Below are positions 40,144 to 52,046 of a stretch of DNA of 64,000 nt, piece by piece. Origin of the DNA: Paramecium tetraurelia (Eukaryota); assembly GCA_000165425.1 (NCBI GenBank), contig CT868659.1:248001-312000 (forward strand), written 5' to 3'. The translations under genes and the position numbers were made by a program. Each line of letters begins with the position of its first letter. The stretch's first letter is position 1. The notes under the pieces are model-generated. The model was not told the origin of the DNA. It ran no database searches and worked only from the letters and a program-made list of their open reading frames with translations.

Positions 40144-41812
40144 TCATTAAATTTGTAATGACGACTTATGCCACGGTAAGTCTATGTTATATAAACGCTT
40201 AGTAGAATTCGAAGAACCATAAAATACTGTATTTTGATTTTTGTTTTCTTGTTGTTCATTTTCGAATATTTCAATTTCTTCTTCTAAAATTTTAGGAATC
40301 TAAAATATTAAGATTAATTAACATTTGTTTATGATAATCGTGGTTTCTAGTGTTCCTGATTACTAATTGCTGTAATAGGCCTAGACATTTTCATTTATGT
40401 TGGCATCACTATAGCAGTTGATGGCCTTAAAGATGTTTAAGATTAAACTCCTAATTTGCCACTTATATTTTTTCTCATTGATGCTTTTGTACTGACTGCA
40501 CTTGATGCTCTTTATAAATATTCAGTCATGAAAGCTGGATCTTGCATCATTTTCTTATGCTATTAAACATCTTATCTGATATCTTCAATAGCTTCTGATA
40601 TCTAAATTTTTTATGTTTATTTTTAGAATTAAGGATGCTCCTTTAATTATTTAATATTCGGTATGCTCTTCCTAGATTCCTCGTTTTGTAATTATTTATT
40701 GTGTTGATTGGCTTGAGATTATAGAAATTCCTTTGATCCAACAAACTCTTCTAATAATTATACTCTGAGCATCTTCCCATTTAATTTAGAATGATTCAAA
40801 ATTTGCTAAGCATTTTTTAATTTAGATTTAATTTCAACATATAATTCAGGGTCTCTTAAGAGTTTTTTAAATTCCCCAATACCAGCATCCTTATTTTTCA
40901 AGAATTATTGATGTTTTTAAGTCCTTTTTTAAATATAGTATTCATTTCTATCCTTTAAGGATCTGCCCTTAAAGACAGCCTTGTCCATATTGTATTGATA
41001 ATTCATATAATGTTGAATTTTTGCATCCGGATTCTTGGCAGTTTTATATCCAGTTTAATCTACGACATAGAGGTTGTCCTAAAGTAGTCTAATAATTAAA
41101 CCATTTTGGGATCTCTTGTAAGATCCATCTTAGTTTTAGGAATCTTCTCATAATAAGCCCATCTGTCAACTGTATTTGCCATAAGGTAGAGAAACTCGAA
41201 TTCTTAAAGGAAGCCCTTAATCTAGAGAAAGTCTGTGCATCGTTTTATCCATTCTTCCAAAACACTGGTGCTTATGGCTTTTCCTATTGCCTGAAATAAG
41301 GAATATGTTATAAAAGTGTATACCCATAATAAATTGTTAATTTCAGTTGCATTACATGGTACTCCTTCACTCATTAACTCTTACTCTCGAAGATGGAATA
41401 TAAGACAAGCATCTTTTATATCCTTCATTCTAGATAAAGAATAAGAGATTACGTAAGAAGTCCATCATGATAAAGTTAAATTGCTGCTTTGATGTTACGA
41501 ACATTAAAATGTGTTAAACGTCCATTTAGGAACTGAAATAAAAAATAAGTGAAATACCCTTGGAACTTCCTGTAGAAAGTAAAGGGATCTAAAAGTTGAG
41601 AAGATGGTTTAAATGTCAATCTTAATCTTTTCCACTATCTAAATTTAATGTTCTTGTTCAAGGATCTGAACTACCAGGAAAAAGATAGGCTACATCTACA
41701 TATAATCCGATATCAGCATTCTTAGATCCTCATATTTGATTTGGCCTCTTGCACTGAATTCACTTTGAATCCCGTATATTGTAAATTCTTCTAGTTGTTA
41801 TGCTTCAGTCAT
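40144..41812 (-). CDS. Hypothetical protein with a degenerate EF-hand-like pair and coiled coil
   Basis: EINNLLWAIGK..STSVLEEWIKRC..KGFLQEFEFLYLM; 4 or more short introns; ends KSSLQIQ*. Confidence 0.7.
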
Positions 41813-41839
41813 TTATAAATAAATAATTTAATCAATAAA

Positions 41840-42657
41840 ATGGACTATGAATAGAATAATTATTAGGCATTCGATATTGAAATAATCGATACCGAGCAAC
41901 AAAGAATAGAGTATGCGAGATTAAGTTTCATCAGAAAGGTAAGATATTGCCTAATGAGGTGTTTTTGATATTGTTATTTCAGATTGGATTCACTTTCATC
42001 TCTACATTGATAGCATATTCTTAAATTGCAATTATTGAATACCTTTTGCTGCAGACCATTCTTATTTTGGATATTTATGGTTGTATTGATCTTAGTAATA
42101 TTTTTGCTAATGAGCTTTTTAAAAGTAAGTTTATATGTAAATCAAGATTAGCCAAACAACATCCCTATAATTATATCTGTTATAGTTGTTTCACCCTCTC
42201 CATCTCATACATATTTATTTACACTACACATCATTATCCTACGTACTCAAATCACATCCTTTCATTGATTACATTACAAATTGGCATCATCATTTCCCTC
42301 ATCACTTACTCATATTTTACAACCTCGGAGATCAATCTAAACAAGGGTTTAATCTGCATAGTCATTACCACTACTCTACTATTCATATTCTTATTCCTCT
42401 ACTTCAAATTATCCCTCATATTTTTATTTATATTATCATTCCTCATCATCTTGTATGGAATGCATATTATAATTGATACACTTCTTATTGTCAATGGAGA
42501 AGTAAGAAGTTGATAATTATATTAGAAACATGAATTAGACATAGATGATTATATAATTGCAGCCTTGATGACACAAGTTGACATTATTGGACTCATTTCA
42601 ATACTTTATCAGAAATTGATTTCCAAAATTTCAAAGATATAAATCAACAGTAACTGA
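41840..42657 (+). CDS. Bax inhibitor-1/Lifeguard (TMBIM) family membrane protein
   Basis: RLSFIRKVFLIL, LAKQHPYNYI, multiple TM helices, IIDTLLI, DDYIIAALMTQVDII. Confidence 0.88.
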
Positions 42658-42669
42658 TAATATAAACAA

Positions 42670-44480
42670 TCATTAATTTCTAGTATACTATTGTTTCCAC
42701 TCCTCGCATTCTCTATTTTTCATCTCTATCTGGTATCTCAGAGTTCTATTCTCACTCTCCAAAATTTCAACTTATGATTCCATCTATCTCTTGATCTATT
42801 CAATCTGAGACCTCTTGATTTCTTCCTTTACCTATTCTGATACCTCTTACTATTTCTGTATCTCAATCAATTTCTATTTTTGACACTCCAACTCCACTTA
42901 CATTCTTTGTATCAATAACTAAACATTAAATTTATTATTACATTATTCTCATTGTTCCTTAAAGCTAACTAAGTCTGTTGTCTAAGAATCATTCATCATA
43001 TTCATTTGATCTCTATTCTAATAGTTCAGTCAATTGATTAACTTAATCATTTAGTTGTTCAATCTCTTAATTTTGCTCTTGAATATCATTCTCATATTGT
43101 AATTGCAACGAATCATATTCATTCTATACTTATTTTAGTTAAGATGTTGTAGTTTAATTATGCTAATTCAAGTTTTCTAGTGAAATTTACAATTCTTAAT
43201 TCAATTACTAATTTTCTTGTAATTATTTTTAAGTTTAATCCAATTGTTAATTCACTTTTTAAATCTCTTACAACAATTTATTAATCTATTATTAATATTC
43301 CATCTTTATTTCCGAAACTGATTTTCTATATTTCTGATCTAAATCTTAGGAACACAACTAATTCTGCTCTTGTAAATTGCAATTCTATTCCACTTGTGAT
43401 TATATCTCATCTTGTAAGCCTTAAATTAAATCTATTATTATATTTTAAATATTTACTCTGCTATTCTAGTATTTATTGATTCAAAATATTATTCTCATAT
43501 TAAAGTTAACTAATCCTATGCACTAAACACTCCTTTTCATCTAGAAACTCCTTCTCTTATGATTTAACTTATTATTCATTTTATTATATGAGTTTATTAA
43601 CTTCTCTTTTCTTTTCCTCTTAAAGATCCTAATACTTCACTTTTAGAGCTTCCAATTGCTGCATTAAATTCTTTTCTCCTACCTTCATCTCATTTACTAT
43701 TTTATCCAATTATACAATCTCTTATTTCTAAAACTCAATGGCCTGATTTCTTCTCACCAATTCATCTTATAATTTCTAAATTTGATCATCCATTAATTGT
43801 AATTGTTCTAAATGTGCTTATTGGATCTCTTATAAATTTTAATTATATTTCTAATCCTTTTGAAATAATTGCATAGAAGCATCCTTATCCATATTCAGTT
43901 TTTCGTGTTATAGATACTTTAATTCAGATGAGAAATCATTCAGTTATTGTTTCTATACATCTATTTATTTATTCAAACGACTCAATTGCGTATCCTTTTC
44001 TCTCAATTTACTATTGAGCTCATCATTCTATTATATAGAATTCTTCAATTCCTTAGTTAATTAGTCCAAATGTTTCTCATATTCTAGCATTGTTTAAGTC
44101 TGATTAGTCGAAATACACTAAAATAATTAGCACATTAGATAGTACTCTTGCTTCTGCTTATTCATATCGACGTTTCCAGTTGTTGATTTCGTGTTATTGC
44201 AATTCTACCAAATTCATCAATTTCTTAATCTCAAATTCTGGATTTATAAAGGTATTGCTTTGTTTCATATCCATATCAATGCTCTTCTCAAACTTGCTTG
44301 TGTAATGGGAATTCCTCAGACTCTATTGTGATTTTTGTAATGTAGATCCTAAAATTAAAACAAATTAGAACCTTATTGTAACTCAGTGTAATGGGGACTT
44401 TTGGATTATGTATTTGGAGATATTGTATTTCTCGATTTTGGTGGTGATGAGGTTGGTACTGGTTTTAAAAATGAAGACAT
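42670..44480 (-). CDS. Long coiled-coil protein
   Basis: Ser/Pro-rich N-terminus, then extensive Q/E/K/L heptads; short introns. Confidence 0.75.
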
Positions 44481-44973
44481 CTCTTTTTTCTTCTAACAGA
44501 CAATTTATAATATTTAATAATCTCGTCATATCGATAACCAATTTATTCTTTAATCAATTCCCTTCATAAAGTTTATTCCTTCCAAATATGTCATCATATA
44601 ACATAATATTTATTCCCCTTTTCATCACTTATTTTATAATCTAAAACTTATATTTCTAGAGTAAGTTTTGATAGAATAATAATAAAAAATAAGGAAAAAA
44701 TTGTGAATCTTATAATTTTATCAACCTTAATAAATTACACACTTCTTAAATGATAATAGTTATTTTAGAAATATGCTATATGAATTATCTAATTCAAATG
44801 GTATATTAGTTTGCAATTTTTTTTTATGATTATAAAAATTAAATGCTTGTAAGATAATTCTATTACAATTTTTATTATTTCTTTATTCATTACTTTAGAA
44901 CTTAAGAATACAAGTAAGAATCCATTAATAGAGCTGAAATTTGTTTCTAATAAACTGTCCGTACATCAAAAGA

Positions 44974-47694
44974 ATGAGAAAATTTTAATCAGATTTTATA
45001 AGAATCATTCGATAATATCTAAGCTTATTCTATTACAGCAATTCAAATGCAGAAATCTATTAGGAAATTGGGCAATATTTAATGTAATAATAAGTTCAAC
45101 AGCCAGTAGATAAAATAACTGAAATATACAAAGAACTATAATTCATTCAGAATGAATCTTAAGGTTAATATAATAAAGAAAAATTGATGAATTAAAAGAT
45201 ATTACTCTTTTTTGGATTTACACACTAAGAAGTGGATGCATTTTATGCTCATTTTTCAGAAACAAAAGTAATTGAGGAAAATGAATATTTAAAAATGGTA
45301 AGACTACAGAAATAGTCAAAAACCTCTTATATTATTAATACACCATACTCCTTAGGGAATATAACAAATAGATAATTATGCCTTAAATAATACATAAGTA
45401 GAATAATTCTATTCAAGGTTCTACTTTAATTTAAAGATTGTTAGTATCATATCATTGTTAATTTTGATAATCTTTAAGGAGAAACTTAACAAGCGTAACT
45501 TAATTAAATAGTTGATTTTGGATTGTTTAATTTTGGTAAATTAACCTTTAAAGTGGAAAAGGTTACTTTAATAAATAAAGGTATTAATGATTAATAAACA
45601 TCTTTTTGTCTATGTAAAGATATTAAGAAAGGTGTCTAAGATCTCAGGCAAGTCTTTAAGTAGCAAACTTTGAGATACATCTTCTAATAAAATGTATTTT
45701 ACAAACCAAGTATCGAAAAAAAAAGAGAGGATTTTGGACCTATGTCATTTTTTTTGGTAGAAATCATGGATGAATTTGCCGTTCAACTTACTAAAATATT
45801 ATAAAATTATTAGGATAAACTTTTATTATTGCAATAAATCCCCATTTTATAGGATGAATAAGATTTAAATAAAGGTATAATTAGTCTTTTAAAAAATTTA
45901 AATGACGTTTTAACTTAATCATCTTAATACAGTTTAGAAATTACATTTTAGCTGTTTAAGGGAATTAATGAGGTAAACGAATCTCATAAAAAATTAATAA
46001 ATGGATGTTTATCAAAACTAAACACCAAATTAATGGAGACATTTTTAGCAGAAAAAGAAATTTCTATAGAAAACCTTTATTTACCATAAGAATTAGTAAA
46101 TACTTAGTAATTAGAATTTATCAATAAGATGTTGAAAAAATACGTAGAAAACTATTTTAAATAGAAAAATGTATCTGAAATTAAAAATCTAAGCTATAAT
46201 ATTAAATGTTGGAATTCATATAGCTCTTTAATGGTTGAAAGCATTATCTAAAATTTTAAATAAATAACAAAAAGCATATAGCCAGGTCCAAAGGAAGAGA
46301 GGGATTTTGGTGTATTTTTATTTGGGAAAAGCAGAGTTGGTAAAAGCACATTAATAAATATACTAAAAAACCCTGAAAGTTTAACAATAGAAAAGAGAAT
46401 AAGTGAACTTTGTTATGTAATGAAAAATTAGTTTCAGACAGAGTTTAAGATTGAACATGGCTGCATGAGTGAAACACAAAACATTACAAGTATGTAGATT
46501 GGGGATGTGTGGTATTATGATTGCCCAGGATTTGATGATAATATATCCTAATAAATAAGAATTGCACATAGGATTAGTTTATATAATTATTTAAGAAAAA
46601 CTAAAAAAGTTATAGGATTTTTTTTAATTGATTCTTCTAATAGAGATGCTTAAATTATTAAGGATACAATTGATCCAATTTATTTATTATTGAAGGATAA
46701 AAATTAATTACTACAAGATAACCAAAAATGGGCTTCTTTGGTTTTGGTCAAATCAAAGGAAAACACAAGAAGAGACTATATTGAAAATTGGGATGAAGCT
46801 TACCATAAATTGTTGGAAGGTAAATACACATTTTATAGAGAGATGTATTAAAATGATAATTTATGTATTGAATTTCCTAAACCTAAGAAAAATCTATCGT
46901 AGGAATAGATTTTATAACAAAATACTCATATTCAACAAAAAGTGTTAAAGAGAATAAATGAGAAGAAATAAAATGAAGACTTTTAGCTAAATTTTGATTT
47001 ATAAATAGATTCAAAACTATTTTATTTGTATGAAATCGTTCTCTCCATGCTTCAAAAGAAAATTGAATAGATTGTTGGGCTTTTGGAAAATTAAATTAAT
47101 ATTTACATTTAAGATTGCGAAGATACACTAGAAAACAAAAAGTAACTAATTTAAAGCTTAAAAATTTTTATTGGCAATGAAATTAATTAACAGAATGTAA
47201 AGGAGGTTTTAAAAAAAATTCTAGAATGGTGTAAGATTAATGAATTATTTAAAATTAATTCTATCTTCTTATAAAATACAATAGATGACGTATTGTAATG
47301 TTTAATGATAGATGATTATTGCTAAATGAGAAAAATTTCCCCAATTAAAGTTGATTCATCAAAGCTCAGAAAAAATGCAGATAAAATTATTAATATTATC
47401 TAGAATATTGAAAATATTGAATTAGGATTAAAGGCAACATTTATAATAGGGTCTATAGCCGCTGCAGTAACCTCTTTAGGCGCTGCACTACTTGCAGAAG
47501 GTGCAGGATTAGCTGCTACAGAGATTATAATTGCGCAGATTGCCTAGAGAGTAGCTATTAGAGCAGCTATTACTGGAGTAGGTGGAGCCAGTGCTTCAAC
47601 CATTACATATATTGCATTTATTTTTAAGTAAAACATGTTAAAATAGAGATATTAGTCTTATTTATATGAATAAGATTAAAGAATCAATACATGA
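44974..47694 (+). CDS. Large intronless AIG1/GIMAP-like GTPase with Gly/Ala-rich hydrophobic C-terminus
   Basis: 2721-nt single frame (906 aa); G1 GKSRVGKST (46324-46350), SET, YYDCPGFDD; C-terminal GSIAAAVTSLGAALLAEGAGLAA...AAITGVGGASA. Confidence 0.8.
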
Positions 47695-48158
47695 ATTAAT
47701 ATAAATAATTTAAGTCTATAATTATTGATAAAATATCATTTTTTAGTTAAAATCTAATTCTGTATTTTTTCCATTTTTTAAATAACTTATTGTAATTTAA
47801 ACGAATGGAATTTTTAAAATAAATTTACAACATATTTTAGTTAAATTAATTCATTATAAACAATTCTTTATAGATACAATCAATGAAATTTCTATTATTT
47901 AAGATAACTAGAAAGTAGAATGGTTTGAAGATTAGAATTCAAATTTATAATTACAAGATTCATTATAGTTTATTTAAATAATTTAAAGTAAATAACGAAA
48001 AATTCAAAATATTTAATTTAAATCCTTCAGTTTATTGTTTTTCTTGTAAATCAACAAAATGTAAATGACCTATAATTCATATCAATCAATTTTATCGTTT
48101 CAAACAACCAGCATTAATTAAGTTTAGAGAATTGATTGAAATTTTCAGCCACAAATTA

Positions 48159-48204
48159 AACTATTAATTAGATTCAAATTTAACTATTAATTAGATTCAA
48201 ATTT
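48159..48204. repeat. Perfect 23-bp tandem duplication AACTATTAATTAGATTCAAATTT x2
   Basis: Two adjacent identical copies read directly from the sequence. Confidence 0.85.
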
Positions 48205-48427
48205 TGAATTTTTATACTTATCAATAAGTTTAGAAAGAAAAACCTTCTCATAAATTATATTCAGGTAATTTTAAAGTTTCATAATTACTTTCTATGTATT
48301 CCATCTAATTTCATAGATCATCGATTATTTACTTCAAAAATCAATCTTCAAATCAGTAATGAATGTCGAATTCTTCATTATTAAACATAATTAATTAGAT
48401 AGGCTCTTTTTAAAATATTTTTATAAA

Positions 48428-48811
48428 ATGGGTGCCACATGCAAGTTTAGAGAAAGAGATAGAGACAGAGATGTTCTTCTTTATAACTCAAATTCAAATT
48501 TGGCAAACTAAAGCTAATATTTAGATAATAAACTTAACTAAAAATACAGAATGTGTAGCAAGAGTAACAAATCCAGGAACGCTACTAACTCCCCAATCAC
48601 TATTGAAAGGCCGCATTTCTTTATAATATATCCAAAAAATGAAAATTAACTAAATGACTTAGTACTACAACTCTAAAACCTCAATCGAAATAACAATTAT
48701 TTTATAGAAGAGTACTCATAAATGACAAGCTAATAGGAAGAATCGAAATATGAAAGCAATTTCGCTTTAGAAGGAATTTCTGAAGGATCGTTCAATGTTT
48801 TTCGTATATGA
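48428..48811 (+). CDS. Small hypothetical protein with MGATC acylation-like start
   Basis: 127-codon ORF preceded by a TAAAATG context. Confidence 0.65.
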
Positions 48812-50134
48812 ACTTAACATACCGCACAATGAATATAGTTCTGAAAATGATGTAATCCAATTTATTATTATAAAATAACAACTTTTTATAGTTTTCTTCA
48901 ATAAAGCTAGCAATAATATTTTTGTTGGTTCATATACTTCCACCTATAAAATTATACTTCTATAGAAACAATAAAATTATAGAGTATAATTAATTTATAA
49001 TGGATTCCATATAATTTTTCATAATAATTAAGCCATATTAATATATTAATTGAAATTACCAAATCTTCTAAAAATAAAAATCTGAATATACTTCAATTCA
49101 TTACATTAAATAATTTATTAATATTTTTCTTATTATTTATTAATGATAATTTTAATCTTTAATTGTAAGCTCGATAATTCAAAAATTAATAACAATATAA
49201 TATTGTGTTGCTTTAAATAATTTCATTAAAACTAATTTAATAAAGCTAGCCAAGATTTTTGTATATTTATGATTATCAATGTTGATAAATAATTTAGTTT
49301 TTCTAAATTTTATTTTTCATTTTTCAGCCCCTCATCCTAAATGTAGCTATTTATTATTATAAAACAAATATTGCATGTTTTTAATTTTTTAGTTCAAATT
49401 TATAAAAATGCAAATTTATTATAGTTTATATCTTCCTTTATAACAACTCAAAATTAGATTCTTGAAAATTTATCCTTATATAAAATAATACGTAAATATC
49501 GAATAATGCTATAAATACTTTCAATTAAGATACAGCTTTTTTTTAAATCTAAAATGGATATAAGGGAAATACAACACAATATGCATTATTAATGAAATGA
49601 ATAATAAAAATTGATTAATAGGTAACTCAGAAAAAATCTATCATCATAGATCAATACTATTAATGTTTGCTCTAAAAGTATACATAAATTTTCTATTGGA
49701 TAATTTTTGTATTTCAAACAATTGGATAGAAATTTGTATCGTCCATCTTAAATACTGAGAAATTTATCTAACTTAATGAAACTTGAATAAAATACTTATT
49801 TCAATTTTTAATTTATTAAGAAATCCTTACTGGATATTGTTCTTAGATTTAAATTAACTCAATAAACCTTTGTAAAAATAATATTCAATTAATATTTACG
49901 ATTTTTTTTTGACTTTTGTGTGTAATCCTGCTATTTTGTTTTCACTTAATAATTAGATTGCTAATAAAATACAATAAATTTCAATATCTTTAATAATAAT
50001 TTTATCAAAGATATTAATGTTCTAGTATTCATAAGCTTTTAAGGAATCTGAATGGTAATACTTGTAAATTATCTATGAAATATGCTAAACTCTATTTATT
50101 AATAAATGTTTATAATTTGTAAAAAAAATAAAAA

Positions 50135-50587
50135 ATGGATTAATTTTAGACATGCGAAGGCAAGCTCTTGTTTATAACTTATTATTTATATAAATCTAAT
50201 CGGATTGGAATAGAGTAAAAAAGTGAAATAAAAGGTGACATATATAATTAATTCACAGATATGCTAATAGCAAAAGATTTTAGAATATAACAAGTGATGT
50301 AAGAAATAAGGAATGAAACCAATGTACAGAAAATTGAAAGAATGCTAGAAAACATTAATGTACGAAATATTAATAAACGATAGCCAGAGGAACATAGTCC
50401 CAGAGACATAGATGACAATTTGAGTCATACGTATAAGTAAAAAAGACCTAAGCTCTTTAAATTCTAAAAATCAAATTTCTCGAAATTTATAGAAGCAAAA
50501 GCAAATGAAGATACTGATACTTTCTCTTCAAACAAACAATTAGAGTTTAGACAGCGATTATATTCATTAGCAGCAGATTCTTGTTGA
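50135..50587 (+). CDS. Small hypothetical protein
   Basis: ORF with one 24-nt GT..AG intron, ending RLYSLAADSC*. Confidence 0.6.
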
Positions 50588-52046
50588 TGATATTATATAA
50601 AAATATGAATAATTTTTTCAAGCAAGGAAGGCCATTACAATATTTCTGATTGGCAGCATGAAATCTAAAAAGTATAAACTGGCTGCTTGGTATTAGTCTC
50701 TATTAGTGAGTTTCGATGACTATATATTTAAATACTTAAATTACTGTGGATACAAGTGATGTTTCCCAACCTAAGATCAAGAAAATTCCAGATAAAACTA
50801 AAACTTTTTCAAGTTTAAAAATCTAATCTCTTAAAATTATTGCGAGAACGATTCCTCCAATCGAAGAGTACATGATCTTTTTTGAAATGACAAAATAAGT
50901 CTATGCTACTTCTCTATAAACATCCTAAACATCAAAAAATGATTGTATTTTTTATTTGGTTAATTATAAAACTGATCTATTCTGGATAGCGTATTTATTA
51001 TTTTCCTAAGATTAGTTAATATCATACTTGGAATAAATTTGAGTTAAGGTGTAATAAATATACTTGAGTATATAAAAGGAATAAAATGTGTGGTATCCAA
51101 CTGGAGTGACTTTAACTAATACAATTTAGTAGTTCTTTCAAACAAATGAGAGCGAAGGAGCCATTAACCAATCTTTAAGTTGTAGATTTTGTTTCAAGCT
51201 ACCATTACAAGCATTTTTGATTGAAATAAAAGAATCCCACAATTCCTATTTTATATATAAGTAATATTCTCAAATGGTAAAATAAATTACTATCTAATGA
51301 AATAAATGATAATAATACAATCTGATGATTTGATTTAGTGTGTGCACACCTAGATGAATAGACTCAAGAATGGGTATTGTATGTAATGGAAAAGTTTCTG
51401 TCTTTATTTCTAAAAATCTAATAGAAAAAAAGCTTACAAATAATTAGCAATTTCTAAAAACTGATTAAATAACCAACAATGCGGGGTAAATAAAGAAAGA
51501 AAAGTAATATAAGTTCGAATACACAGTGATATCTTAAGCTACGGAATTCTTCCAAACTTCATATTGATTTTAGTCTTAATAATAGTAGGATGAATTGTAG
51601 TAGTAATAACTTTACCTGCATTTTTCATATTTAGAACAATATTCATCAAAAGTGATCCCACTTCTTGGATAATGGGCGTATGAGTAGAAGAAGTATCTCT
51701 TAGTAGGTAAAAAGGTTGAAATCAAAATGACTGTCAATTATGTTAATAATAATCGGTAAAAATATTTTGGTTCTTCAGATTTACTTTTTTGAATGTCATC
51801 GGGATTTTCAGGTGTCTTCGCTTATGATATTTCTTTTGCTCGTTCATTTGGAGTAGTTTACTCTTATATATCTGACATAGATGTTTAAATATTTAATATA
51901 ATTTATAATATAGTGTATAATATACTTTAGGATTTGAATGACGTGGCAACTTTTAATATGATATGTAAATGTAAGATATTAACGGAGATAAGAATATTAA
52001 CTGATAGTAAATTGGTATTAATAATAGAAATATTAAATAGCATTCT

